Source: Saccostrea echinata
Taxonomy: Eukaryota
Reading direction: 5' to 3'
Assembly: GCF_033153115.1 (NCBI RefSeq)
Contig: NW_026889778.1
Coordinates: forward strand, 27,342,001-27,406,000
DNA length: 64,000 bases
How positions within the stretch are numbered: the first letter of the stretch is position 1; the number at the start of each line of letters is the position of its first letter. This document shows, piece by piece, positions 1-23,229 of the stretch. Below the pieces are notes generated by a model. That model had not been told where the DNA came from. It saw only the letters and a program-made list of their open reading frames with translations, and made no database searches. The position numbers and the translations under genes were made by a program.

Positions 1-158
1 TAGTTTTAAAGTTAATTATGCAAAACACAGACATCAATAATTACTTTGCAAGTGATGTCTACAGTCTTTCACAGATCTTTAACAAATTCCTATTTAAAAA
101 ATCATTCTTAGCCATTTTTCGATTTGAGCAAAACTTTTTTCTCTCTCTTGGATAACAG

Positions 159-10260
<10,102 letters not shown>

Positions 10261-10669
10261 AGAAGGATTTAAACAGATTGATCTTTTATTAAAAAATATT
10301 TCAGATGTGCAAAGATCATGATTTTATGAACACAAAACACTCGATTTTGAAATGCTTGTGCAATACTTGTGCTTTTACCATTTTCATTGAGATGCCTGCC
10401 TTCACATACATGTACTACATGTATATCTCCATTAACTGTGTGATCAATATGCATTTTGGCTCAGAGAACTGGTTCAGAATTACTGGTATCTTCTATTACA
10501 GCTGAAATCACATGATTTTCTCTCTCTTTATATTAGTTTCAACTATGTTTTCTATTCTTTTTCTGCTGCTGTCTTCTATCCTCTGAATTTTATTTGTAAT
10601 TTATCTGTTTTATAGAGATGTACATAAACTGAATTGTATTCAATCATGTGTAGTAGAAATGAAAGGTAA

Positions 10670-10675
10670 AATAAA
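10670..10675 (+). terminator. Candidate polyadenylation signal of KIF11
   Basis: AATAAA about 410 nt after the KIF11 stop codon; weak evidence in AT-rich DNA. Confidence 0.35.
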
Positions 10676-12068
10676 TCTGTAAACTATGAACCATGCATTA
10701 GACTTTTTGTAATATTAAATTGGCATACTATATTAAAAGTTCATTAATCTACAAGTTTAAGGTTGGAATTGAAAATATATGAAAACACTGGGTATGTACA
10801 ATTTAACTCACAAAATGCACAAGAAAGTCCCTTTCATTTGGGATATACATATCAATATTTAATGGACAGACAGGGTTTATTGATTTTCAGATGTGAAGTT
10901 GAAGTTACTGACCGCATGTTTCATATTTGACACAAATTAGGAAAATTTGCTGCAAAAGTTTTGAAAAGTAAGGATCCTCTATCAATTTTTTAAAAAAGAA
11001 TTTAATTTTTTTAAAGAAAATTGAGGAAACCATATCACTTGAAGGTATACAGTGTACATATTGAGTTTGTTAATTAGGTTCTCTGAACCGAAGGCTCAAA
11101 GCTAATTGCTAAGGCCTGGCTTGTGTGTGTAAACTTTTTGAAATGTGGGCCATATCTCGGGAAACCCTTCGCCAATTTTTATCAAATTTGTCACAGAGTA
11201 TCCTTTAGCTTAAGGCTTTCATTTAGATTAATAATGGGGATGTGACCCCTAAGCAAGGGAGCATAATTAGGGAAATATAAAAAAATATAGTGGTTGTTAA
11301 AAAATCTTATGAACCACTGGGAAGATTATTACCAAGCGTACAGATAAGGATACATTGTAGATTTAAATTGTTCAAGGCATCACCCTGTCGCAAAAATACT
11401 GGTCTCAAGGTCACATCAAAACTGACCCAAAATGATATTTTGTTAGAATTAATGATATTTTGCACATTACGAGAACAATGTTCGTAAAATCTTGTCAGTT
11501 GATGCATCTTAGGACTCGAAAGTATGTCACTGTGACCTACTTTAAAAAAAAAATATTGCAGGTATTTATTTCAAGTTGATTTTGATCATATCCTGGACAC
11601 TTTTGAAATTTATGATCATCAAAACTTGTCAACAGATGTATCTGTGAAGTGTGTCAACCAAAAGCTGGCCAATGTGACTAACATTCTGAATTTTAGGGCA
11701 TATTTTCAAAACATTTTAGTTCATTATTTCAAAGAGGTTTAGAGTCATCAAACCTTTTAAGTTGATGCATTTTGGGCTTTAAAACATGTTTATGAAAAAT
11801 TAAGTCACAGTTACATACTTTTTGAATTTTGCAGCTATTCATTTTTATGTTTTAAATGCATATTTTGGACATCAAAGCTTAGGATCATTAAAAATTGTCA
11901 GTTGATGCATACCAAGACCTCTGATTATATCTGCTACTTTTGGAATTTTTAGGCCACTTTTAACTGTTTAAATATTTCAAACAATAAGAGGCTCAGATCA
12001 TCATCAATCTTTGATGCATCATGGGTTCTCACAGTGTGTTTACAAAAAACAGATCATGGTGATCTATG

Positions 12069-12656
12069 AAAGAGCAAGTGCCACTTAGGGCCTTTCTTGG
12101 CCCTGTCAATTTGTGAAAAATCGAAACTGCTCAGTTTTGGCTGACAATGCAGTATTCATCACTTGGACCCTTGGTGACCATGTTTCTACTGAACACGACA
12201 TAATTTTCTCTCTAGTCAATGCATTATGACGTCATGAAATGCGTCATTTTTACCATATCCTTAAAATTCCTTAAAAAATGGCCAAAAGTTGAAGTATTTT
12301 TTTCAATATTTCATATAGAGCACAACCTCTGATCCAAAATATGCGATAACATAATGAAAGATCTGTTTCTGAAAATCATAAAACATGTTTTAATTTTTGG
12401 ATCGAGGGCTGTGCTCATATTTTAATTCTTTGCTGAAGTTAGTCAAATACGCATGTTTTCTGCAAAATTCAAGAACATTACATTTTCACAAAGCCTGCTT
12501 TCCAATACCTGGATTCTCAAAAAGAAATTTTGTGATAGGAAATGAGAGCACCAAGTCTCTACTTTATTTTGATATATGAAATGGGACTGAGGGTGAAAGT
12601 CAATTAATTGATATAAGGACAGGGCCATTTTATGCATAAAGTGAACCTAGCTCTTT
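12069..12656 (+). mobile_element. ~590-bp dispersed element with short AAAGAGC/GCTCTTT termini (copy 1)
   Basis: Closely similar inverted copy at 49234-49820; both copies interrupt other elements at sharp boundaries. Confidence 0.8.
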
Positions 12657-12971
12657 CATGGCTTTAAACATTTTAGATAATACGAGGCTTAGAATCATCA
12701 AACCTTGTCATTTTGGGTCCTCAGTGTTTCAACCAAAAAGTACGTCACTGAACCTGTGTTGTTTTTAATTTCATAATTGTATCCCAATAGACTTGGGCTC
12801 TCACAACTTGTGTTCAGCAAAAATAAATCGTGGTGATTTGCTATGGAATTTCCTGGCTTTATCTAAATATTTTGGATAATAAGAGGCTTACATCATCAAA
12901 TCTCGTCAGCTGATACATCCTGAATCCTTAGAGTGTTTAGACTAATATAAAGCTTGATCACTGTAACTTAT

Positions 12972-13524
12972 TTTTTATGCCCCCGTATCGAAGATTCGGG
13001 GGTATATAGTTTTTGCCCTGTCCGTCCGTCTGTCTGTTTGTCGCAAAAACTTTAACATTGCTCATAACTTTTGATTGGTTGAAGCTATGGCTTTCATATT
13101 TCACATGTGTATTCCTTGTGACAAGACCTTCCTTTGGATACCAACAATTATAGCCCATTGACCTTGACCTTGAAGTTTGACCTACTTTTGAAAAACTTTA
13201 ACCTTGGCCATATCTTTTAAATGGTTGGTGCTAGGGCTTTCACATTTCACATGTGTATTTCTTGTGAGAAGGCCTTTCCTTGGGCACCATTTATTTTGAC
13301 CTTGACCTTGATGTTTGACTTACTTTTGAAAATTTTTAACCTTTTCCATATCTTTCCAATGGTTGCTGCTAGGGCTTTCATATTTTACAAGTATATTCCT
13401 CCAGTACAAGATATTACTTTGGGTACCAACATATTTGATTTGCATTTAAGAAAGTTTAACCTCCTCTTTAACATGTATAAGTTGCCATACAGGAGCATCA
13501 GTGTTTCACAAACACATCTTGTTT
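12972..13524 (+). mobile_element. Helentron-associated (HINE-like) non-autonomous element
   Basis: T-rich start, then ATGCCCCCG(T)ATCGAAGATTCGGGGGTATAT hairpin, GTCC/GTCT microsatellite, internal TGACCTTGACC repeats, and 3' hairpin GTGTTTCACAAACAC followed by CTTGTT. Confidence 0.7.
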
Positions 13525-15061
13525 TAATTTCATAGTAGTATACCAACATTATGGATTATAAAGAGACTTAAAATTATCAAATTTTGTCCGTTGATGCATC
13601 TTGAGTCCTCGGAGTTAGCAAACTAAGTAGGTCAGTCTGACCTTCTTTTTTTTTTTAATTTTATAGTTGTTTCTCAATATTTAGGATATTAAGAGGCTTA
13701 GAATCATCAAACTTTGCTAGCTGACTCACTTGGGTCCTTGGATTCTGTTAACCTAAAAGTAGGTCACTATGATCTGGGATAATGATCAAGTTTTGACAGG
13801 AGATGCATCTTGGGTCCTTGGGCTGTGTCAACTAAAAAGTAGGTCACAATGGCATAGTTTTGGAAATTCACTGCTGTATCTAAATAAGAGGCTTAAAATC
13901 ATAAAACTTTGCTAATTGACTCATTTGCGTCCTTGGACTGTGTCAACATAAAAGTAGGTCACAGTGACCTACTTTTGGAATTTCAAGGCTATATCTTAAT
14001 ATTTTGGATATGAGATCCTTAGAATCATCAAACTCGGTCAGTTGATGCATCCTGGGTTCTCAGAGTGTATTAACAAGGAAGTAGTTGTTGACTTACTTTT
14101 GGAATCTGTGGGCTTTATCTAAGCATTTAGAATAACAAGAGACTTAGGATAGAAATGTCAGGGTTGTAAAATTTATCAGAAGAGCAATTCAAGGCCATTG
14201 GGCCTCTAGTTCATTTTCAACATAGGAACCTTACTCCTCAGGAGCAATGTTCCAAGATCATAAATTATAGGTGAACAGAAATCATAGGTGCTTACTTCAG
14301 TGGGAAAATTACATGCAATAAAAAATGATTAATTATTCTTCTAGGTATAATGGGAAAAGTGTCCTTTGAAAGTGATTTATAAAAAAAAATTCATTGCTTT
14401 TTCCGTTTATAACATTTTAAGTTCTTAATATGATTGAATAATTTGTAACTCTCTAATTGGACATGTTGGATTAGACCCAACAAAATCAAAATTATCTCTT
14501 CTTTATTAATAAAAGAGAATTTTTTCCCGATCTACAGCTCATTTTCAAAAGATGCTGTTAGATTTATTGTCCCATTTGCTTGACAACAATTACTGTACTC
14601 GATTTCGCATCGGGAAAAAGTTCCCTTAATATGAGCATGACGAGAGAGGGGATAAACATACTCTTACCTCAAAGATTAATTCTAACAATTTGGGTTGATG
14701 ATAAGAACACAAAATGACAAAATATGTAAAGATTGAAATATGGGAAAATATAAATTGAATCAGTCAAGAAATATTTCATAATGATTGATAAAAAAAATTG
14801 GTTAGTACATTTTGTCATGCTACATTTTATATAGCAAAAATATAATAATTATCCCAATTTATTGCACTTTGTGTAGTGGTAGGTATGTAAATCAACATGT
14901 TTGTGATAAGACCCTTGACTAAACGGACTTCAAATATTTCTCGGAAAGATACGAAAGTTGTGCCATAATAGTATATTTTCAAGGTATAGTGGTCTTTGCT
15001 CTATGATTTTGATAACCAAAGAATGTATATTTTATGCATACTTTGATTATAATCTTTCAAC

Positions 15062-16348
15062 AACAAGAGGCCCAGGGGCCACATCGCTCACCTGAGCACT
15101 ATGGCTAGGAAAGAACAGAAATCAGTTCAGTCTTGAAAGGTTGAAAAGTTTAAATATAAAAGTGATTCGGGGGTGGGGGTGGGGTGGGGGTGGGGGTCAT
15201 GAATTGAACAAATTTGAATCTACATTATCTGAGGATGCTTCCATTTAAATATGACCAATCATGGCTTTGCTGTTCTTGAGTAGAAGATTTTTAAAGATTT
15301 AACCTATGTATTCCTATGTAAAACTTTGATCACCCATTGTGGCCCCACCCGACCCCCAGGGGTCATGTTTGAACAAACTTGAATGTACACTATCTAAGAA
15401 TGCTTCCATGTAAATATGACCAATCATGGCTTTGCTGTTCTTAAGAAATAGTTTTTTTTTTTTTTTAAAGATTTTTACTATGTGTTCCTTCGTAAAACTT
15501 TGATCACCCATTGTGGCCCCACCCTATCCCCGGGGGGCATGATTTGAACAAATTTGAATCTACACTATCTGAGGATGCTTCCATGTAAATATGACAAATC
15601 ATGGCTTTGCTGTTCTTGAGAAGAAGATTTTTAAAGATTTTTCCTATATATTCCTATGTAAAACTTTGATCGCCCATTGTGGCCCCACCCGACCCCCGGG
15701 GGTCATGATTTGAACAAAATTGAATCTACACCACCTGAGGATGCTACCATATAAATATGACTAATCATGGCTTTGCTGTTCTTGAGAAGAAGATTTTTAA
15801 AGATTTTTTCCTATATATTCCTATGTAAAACTTTGATCGCCCATTGTGGTCCCACCCGACCCCCAGGGGTCATGATTTGAACAAATTTGAATCTACACTA
15901 CCTGAGGATGCTTCCATGTAAATATGACCAATTATGGCTTTGCTGTTCTTGAGAAGAAGATTTTTAAAGATTTTTCCTTTATATTCCTATGGAAAACTTT
16001 GATCGCCCATTGTGGCCCCACCCGACCCCCGGGGTCATGATTTGAACAAACTTGAATCTACATTATCTGAGGATGCTTCCATGTAAATATGACCAATCAT
16101 GGATTTGCTGTTCTTGAGAAGAAGATTTTTAAAGATTTATCCTATATATTCATATGTAAAATTTGATCGCCCATTGTGGCCCCACCCAGGGGTCATGATT
16201 TGAACAAACTTGAATCTACACTACCTGAGGATGCTTCCACATAAGTTTCATATTTTCAAGCACAGTGGTTCTTGAGAAGAAGATTTTTTAATGATGCCAT
16301 TAATTTTTCACGAATTCTTAATTATCTCCCCTTGGAAGAAGGTGTGGC

Positions 16349-16383
<35 letters not shown>

Positions 16384-16499
16384 TTGATACTTTGTGGCAA
16401 GTTTGGTTGAAATTGGCCAGTGGTTCTGGAGAAGAAGTCGAAAATGTGAAAAGTTTACAGACGGACAGACGGACGGACAGACGGTCTACAGACAAAATG

Positions 16500-16544
<45 letters not shown>
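15062..16544 (-). mobile_element. Helentron-associated element with a central Cg170-like 166-bp satellite array
   Basis: Minus-strand start TTTTAGCTCACCTGAGCCGAAGGCTCAAGTGAGC, (GTCC/GTCT) microsatellite, end GCTCAGGTGAGCGATGTGGCCCCTGGGCCTCTTGTT. This architecture matches the known oyster HINE elements. Confidence 0.85.
15195..16290. repeat. Tandem array of about six 166-167-bp monomers
   Basis: CCATTGTGG(C/T)CCCA recurs at about 15334, 15508, 15674, 15841, 16007 and 16171. Confidence 0.9.
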
Positions 16545-16545
<1 letters not shown>

Positions 16546-16980
16546 TGGAGCGAAGACCCACTCATATGGAAAAATTGTGTTTTAGTATGAAGATTTGATC
16601 ATTTTTTCCCTCTTTGGTGCATGTATGCTATTTCGTGGATGAATAATTGCAATCTTTGTGAGATTATTGCGATTTGTGAAGGTTTGAATAAAGTATACCT
16701 TAAAGTTAAATTAAATATCAAAGAAAATTTGTCATAACTGAGATTTAATTTTTCCCTTTTTTATTTGTCATACAATAAGCATTTCGCTCGCCTTGTTCCC
16801 CCATCTTCTTAACAAAATATGCTGTTTAATTATTAAGTTATTGAGATATATGATCTTGTATCAAGATCACGAGGCGAGGCTCTATATCTTTGCTATTGAA
16901 GTCTCAATGTTTTATTTTCTGGAGGAAAAAAAAAACTAGATGCTGTTAATTCTCTCACAACTCAGAAATAACCGCATGTA

Positions 16981-17969
16981 CGAGGGTTGTTCGAAAAGTT
17001 CGTGGACTGATGCGATAAAATTAATACTATATAGTCTATGCTTACAAAATTTGTAATGAATATAAAACAACAAAATTTAAAGAAATGTTGAAAATTTTAG
17101 CTTGATACCTTGAATATTTACCATAAAATAAAAAAGACATCATATGATCACCCGGCGCTGTCGCCATATAGTTTCATGACGTCATAGTTTTTCAATGTCC
17201 GCATTCTCTACCTCATACACTTATCTTGATGAGTTTCCGTGGAGTTAAGTAAAGATTTAAATCCGTCTTGTTTATATGATTTTACATTGTAATAAACAGC
17301 TGGTTTCAATGCATATAATATTGTAGATAGATCTGAAAGATCTTCACTTGATTATAACAGCATATTTGCTTGTCGGAGTTCAACATCTATCACACATGAT
17401 CAACATCTGTCGTCTCTCTAATCTTTGTCGGCGTTTAAAAACAAGTATTCTAAATGCATTTTATTTTTCAGTAGCCCATTTAAATATTTCCTAGGTCTAT
17501 GCCAGTTTTTTCTGAGGGCGAAACCTCATAGAATGTTGGAAAAAGAAACCCACCCCCTTTCTGACGTCATTACAACCCCATAATTGTTTGGACATTTCAC
17601 AAAGATTTTACGATAAAATTTCATAGAACTTACAGAATGGGGTAAAAATTGCAAATTTTACGGTACATTTGTGTCATACCACATGAGTGAATTAACGGGA
17701 TTTTTGAATGACAAATGCTCATATCAAAAATTGAGTTTTTTTCTCAGTTACACTTAGGTAGAAAAAACGTAATCTTCGAGGTTGCGCCGCCTGGACATAC
17801 CATTGCTTTCAAAAACATCAACAATTTATTAAAAAATAAAACTAATGATGTATAGCTTATTATATAAACAAATAAGATGATGCTAATTAAACGTTAAAAA
17901 ATTCATTGATGTATCTTAAGCGGTTTTAATTTTATGGCGCTAGTCCACGAACTTTCCGAACAACCCTCG
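16981..17969. mobile_element. Non-autonomous Tc1/mariner element with TA TSD
   Basis: TA|CGAGGGTTGTTCGAAAAGTTCGTGGACT ... AGTCCACGAACTTTCCGAACAACCCTCG|TA; no intact transposase. Confidence 0.85.
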
Positions 17970-18271
17970 TATATGCATTAGAGTTTGCTTCTAAATGTAC
18001 TCTTCTTGAACCTGGACAACATATTTAAAAAAAAGAAGATGGACGATCAAGTTGTGCAAATTGCCTATTACTTCAAATAAAAAAAATCAAATTCAGTTTG
18101 TGAACTAAGTATTTAGAGGAAAGCTATCATTTTTAAAGGTATCATATATGACAAACAAACTTTTCTATAGAAAAATTCTCTCGGCAAAATTTATTCTATG
18201 GTAAAAAGAATATGATTTTCGTGGGATTTGAACCAAAGTGATGAAATTCCTGAATATAACTTTTTTTGTCA

Positions 18272-19195
18272 TTAATACCGACACGCTTTTCTCTCTTTCT
18301 TTTCACAATCAATAAATGTTAGATAAATTACAATAATTGCATTATCCATTATAAGCAAGACTTCGCGATTTTGTCGTCTCATTTTACTGTTGAATTTTTG
18401 AAGCCAATCGGAAAAAATTACTGATGTCATCCAAGCCTTTTTATTATGTACATAGTCACAGTAAAGTCCAACATTGAAATTTTTAAAACAAAGAGGATTT
18501 CCAGCCTTTCCAATAACAAATGGTTTTAATTTTTCACTGCCATCGGCATTGCAGCAAAGCGCGATAGTTATTCTATCTTTAATTTTTTTCACACCTTTTG
18601 TCGCATCTGCAGTCGTTAATGATCTATCCGGAAGGAGACGATAAAATAAACCAGTTTCGTCAATATTGAACACATTTTTTAATTCATAATTTTTAATAAC
18701 ACTTGCAGCTTTTTGTCTACCATCTGAAATTAATTGAGGGTCAACACCAGCACTTTCCCCAGAAATGATTTGTGAGGAAATCCCATGACGCATCTTGAAT
18801 CTCGATAGCCAACCGTTTGAATAAGAAAATCCAGTAATACCCATTTCTGTTCCGAATTGTTTAGCCTTAGTTTTTAGTATTTCTTCAGAAATTGGTATGT
18901 TTTGTGCCCTCGCATTAGAAAACCACATAAATAAAGCTGATTCCATATCAGCATAATGAGCACTTCTATGACGTTTTCTCGGCGGTGTACCTTCACAGTC
19001 GACATTTTCAAATTGACTTGACTTTGTCAGAATCTCACCAACTGTCCGTCTTTTTACATCAATATTCCAAAGAGCGGTGAAATGGTTTGCCAATTCCTGC
19101 TGGCTCGATTTTGGGTGCAACTTAGAATATTGCACAATTATTTGTTTTTTTTCGTAATCTAAAGTTGTGCGTTTCCTCTTGCCTGGTGTTTCCAT
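18272..19195 (-). CDS. Tigger/pogo (CENP-B/TIGD-like) transposase, C-terminally truncated
   Basis: ORF 18272..19213, first ATG at 19195. Contains a psq-like HTH (KRKRTTLDYEKK), a CENP-B HTH (ESALFMWF...FSYSNGWLSRFKMRH) and DDE_1 motifs NIDETG, KDRITIALCCNADGSEKL, KAWMT and LLIMDNA. Similarity stops after the second catalytic Asp. Confidence 0.85.
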   Translation of the reverse strand: METPGKRKRTTLDYEKKQIIVQYSKLHPKSSQQELANHFTALWNIDVKRRTVGEILTKSSQFENVDCEGTPPRKRHRSAHYADMESALFMWFSNARAQNIPISEEILKTKAKQFGTEMGITGFSYSNGWLSRFKMRHGISSQIISGESAGVDPQLISDGRQKAASVIKNYELKNVFNIDETGLFYRLLPDRSLTTADATKGVKKIKDRITIALCCNADGSEKLKPFVIGKAGNPLCFKNFNVGLYCDYVHNKKAWMTSVIFSDWLQKFNSKMRRQNREVLLIMDNAIIVIYLTFIDCEKKERKACRY

Positions 19196-19571
19196 TATTA
19201 ATTGAAATAACACTGCTATCTTTTAAAAAACAACACCAAAGACTTATGTTTAATTTGAGTTTTATTCAACAATTATCTTTAATTTACCTGAATTCCATGT
19301 CCAGCCAGTCACGCTTCACCGAAACCACTGTCAAAGCACCGTCCGCTATGATGTCTCATTCACCGACACGTGCTAGGTAATTGGCATTGTTATCGAGGGT
19401 TTACCTTAGATAATTTGACTATTTGTTTCTCAAACACAGTGGCGGATGGCAATAAGCGGGGGTGGCAATATAACGGGTGTATTAACACAGGGGGAAATCC
19501 GTTCTTGGAGATTTCTTGGCAATAAGCGGGGGTGGCAATATAACGGGGGGCAATATACCGAGGTAGCACTG
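18272..19571 (-). mobile_element. Tigger/pogo DNA transposon, 3'-truncated
   Basis: Left end TA|CAGTGCTACCTCGG at 19571, duplicated subterminal GGCAATAAGCGGGGGTGGCAATATAACGG motifs, transposase ORF downstream; no right TIR found. Confidence 0.85.
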
Positions 19572-19749
19572 TATATATCGACACATCATGAATTCACTTA
19601 TTAGAAACTTTAAGATAATCATCACAGTCACGCTAAAAATGAACAATAACATTCTTTCAGTTTCTTTGACTAGTGGATTTCCTTTAATTTTTTTTCTAAA
19701 ACGATTCTTTGTTGGTTCCTTAAGACATAGTTGGTGATAATTGTCTCAA

Positions 19750-21200
19750 AGAGTATCTACATAAATTTATAATATCTAGTTTTTTTTTTTACCTGTTTGC
19801 AAAAATATTTATCTCTGCCTATAAAATTAATGCTAAATCTACATTCTAAGAAAAAAAATTACAAAAAATAATTTGACATTCTTTATGCCTCTTTGGAATG
19901 TTGTCATCAATATTTCTTCAAAGTTTAAATTATTATACACAGTATTATCAAACTCTTTCAATAAAAACTTTAATTATAAATGATATATAATTACAACAAA
20001 ATTCTGGTTAAAATTAAAAAAAGTCTCCAAATATTATCAATAAATGTAAAATACCCTCACGTTCAAGTATACAAAGTAAACAGATACTTGAATCTGTCTC
20101 CAGATTGAATAATTAGTACATAAAAATGACACTATGGAAAATTTCAAAGTCTAATTGTACAATATCAGGTGGTTTATTTATTTCCCGTAAGACACACCAT
20201 TTTTGTTAAGCGTTCATCGTCGTAATACATGTATGAAGTTTACTTTTCCAATATTGTTTTAAAACTGGCCTTTGATATATTTTTTGTATAAGCATATTAT
20301 AAAAAAAATTTACAAGTTGGAAAAACTAAATTCTGATTTTTAAACTGTACTAAAAACCGGGAATGAAACAGTCTCTGTTGTATTCAGTTTTACAACAAAA
20401 TTGTTACACTCATCAGAAATTATTGATAAAAAGGTAGTGCAATTGTCTTAGATTGACTGTACATTAATGTCACTGTCTTTTTCTTGAATTATCTCTACAA
20501 TTAAGGATGTTGCTAAAAAAAAAAAAACCCAGGGATCACTTCATAATGCAGAAGTAACTTCAGCAAAGATTAAATGATCCCACCTCAACATTTTACTATT
20601 ATTCATTATTTTGAGGTTACAAAAAAGGCAGTGATTATACACATCTTTCATATTCTCTTTATAATCAACTAAATTCTCTATTGCATACCAAGTACTAAAC
20701 ATTTCTTGATAATACTGTGGTAAATATTGAATGTCTTTTTTATTCAATCGTCTGTATCTGCATTTAAATTGCAAAATTTCGACGAAAAATTCTAAAAAAT
20801 ATACCAGGTATATTTCCATCCAAATTTTTTTTGTAAAACATCAAAACTTTGCCAAAAATTACTGTCTAAATGATACATTTTCAAACAAATGAATAACTTC
20901 AAATCACCGTTTTCCTTTTCTCCAATTTTTGTTTATATGCTACCAATTGTACACCTCGAAGAATTTATCAATTTTGTAAAGGTACGTTTGAATTTTGTTG
21001 ATAGGAATACGCAGACACTTATACTATGTTTATTAGTAGAACTGTGTTAAAAAAAAACTTATGTACTTTCCTTGCAATTATCAGATTTATGAACTATGTG
21101 TAGTTTTCAGATCCTCCAATGCATGAATATATTTAACTAAAAAGATATGTATGCATAAGTACCGTAATCATTTTGTAAATTTAAGTTCTCTTCCAAATCT
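19750..21200 (-). mobile_element. Highly degraded L1/Tx1-like LINE ORF2 3' remnant
   Basis: Fragments such as KENGDLK (KxxGGL-like) and YLPQYYQEMFSTW (LPxFYxxxxxxW) are typical of the Tx1 ORF2 post-RT region; many stops; boundaries approximate. Confidence 0.5.
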
Positions 21201-23198
21201 TTGTTTTTCAGAAGAAAACAAAGAGGTCCAAGTGTCACACATAATTTCCAAAGGACGAAGGATGTTGTGATTTTTTTTTTCATATTTCAATTTTTACATA
21301 GTTCTTTTGTTAAGAAAACTGTTATGAACTGTACAGGTGTTTAAAAATACATATATTATTTTAGGTTGTATTAATGAAAGGTTTTTAGGAAGGCCAATAC
21401 TTTTACATAGTTTTCCAGTTTCAATTTTATACACCGATTATAAGATTATGGTTATCACTTGTCTATCGAAATGATTTTTTTAGATGATGGTTAACAATAC
21501 AGCACGTATGTAATTGTTTATTATAGTGTCATTGTGCACATACAAGACATTTAACATACATTATTTATGAAAATAAAGACTTTGCAGTCCGCCCGTTGGA
21601 TCTATAAGTCATTTTATACACATACAGACACAAAATTCTTAATTGCCTGTTTGGTACAATATTTTTATTATTTTTCATACAAATTGACTTGAGATCTATT
21701 TTTATTGATTTTAAAACTGTACCATCTTTCTATATTTTACTTCTTTTTTTTCAAATTTTGCAAAGAATGGTTGTATAACTTGATATCTCCAAAATGGGTG
21801 TATGCATGTTCAAAAGACAGCTTTGTAAAAATTTTTCAACCATGATAAAATATGTGTTGTTAACCTTAGATATAATCCTAAATAAATTTAAAGAAAAAAT
21901 GGCATGTAAACAGTTTAGATTTTGAGAACTATTCAAAATTAAGGTATTTTGGGATTTTTTTTTCTGAAGACGTGGGCAGATTAAACATCAATTTGTTAAT
22001 GTTTTCCAGTGAAAATCTTCAAAAATTCTCTTAGCAAATGAATGTTTTTGATTGTTAAAAGTTTTAATCTAAATATGAGACAGGTTCTATGAAAATAAGC
22101 ATGCGTTTTATGGGCTTTTAAGTTAGTTTATAAGTTATGTATTCAAATGAAAAAAAATACTAGTTTGACAGAAATTTTTGAAAGCCCGGACCTTAATTAG
22201 AAATGTTTTGAAAACGTTTTAAAAAATGTTATGTTATGTTAAAAATGTCAAAACATTACGGTATAATGTTTTTGAAAAATGTTATGATAACGTTTAAAAA
22301 ACGATACAAAATAACGTAACAGTATAATAACGTTTTAGAAAATGTTTTCATAACATTTTCCCAACGTTTTAATAACGTTGTTGTGCTAACAGGGTTTAAC
22401 TCCACCATATTTTAAAACATTAAAAAAAACCTATAAATTTAATCGAAATAAATTTAAATTTTGTAATTTAAAAAAATTCTTTTTCAAAACTACCTAGAAA
22501 AAAAAAAAAAAATTAACCCCCCCCCCCAAACAAACAAACAAAGAAAACGAAGAAAAAAATAAATAAATAAATTTTTGGCACACATATTTTTGTGAAAATA
22601 ATTGTTTTCCTAAACGTTTTTGCCTAGTAACATTAAATAAAACAAATGAATGATATATTTCCCTCACAAGGCCTATGTTATTGATAGAATTTAAAAAGAC
22701 ATTTTTGTTCATTTTCTGATATTAGTCTGACCCTACATGTATTTACGTCCGTGATGCAAGTATAAACAGTGAGCTCATTGACAATGTCGTGATATCTGTA
22801 ATTGATTTCAAGATCAGTATAGCATTTAGGTGTCTCAAATGACATGAACATAATTTAATAATTAATTTCAAAACATCGGTGGTCGTTTTCAGGAGAGCTA
22901 TAATTGTGAAAACGGCTTTACAGGGGACAATTCATTACATTTTCCTCTCTAAATAATTTGAAAAGTATGATTTTATGATTAAATTAACGACACGACACTC
23001 CAATGAATACAGACTTCTTCCAGCCAAGGTGCGCACCGCGCCAATACGATTTCGTAAAATAAAGAGTCGGTTATGGAAATTTATAATTTTCCGGAAAAAA
23101 AGTGTAGAGTCGGGAATTTGGCTGGAAAAAAAAAATAGCATGTGTCGGATAACGGGAAACACACGTATTTTTAAAGGCCTTACAACACTAACAGTACC

Positions 23199-23229
<31 letters not shown>

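Larger units (their letters stand above)
11074..14211 (+). mobile_element. Old Helentron-type non-autonomous element with a degenerate ~125-bp internal tandem array, interrupted by two younger insertions
   Basis: 5' end TTAGGTTCTCTGAACCGAAGGCTCAAAG; 3' hairpin AGGCCATTGGGCCTCTAGTT. A recurrent unit (ttagaatcatcaaac...gttgatgcatc...aagtaggtcac) is seen from about 11480 to 14150. Confidence 0.6.

Noticed and set aside
15195-16290. CRISPR-like array
   Set aside because: Monomers repeat in full with no unique spacers; this is eukaryotic satellite DNA inside a Helentron-type element.
22190-22395. AAAACGTT-rich repeat cluster
   Set aside because: Probably a subterminal region of a DNA transposon fragment, but the matching end could not be found.
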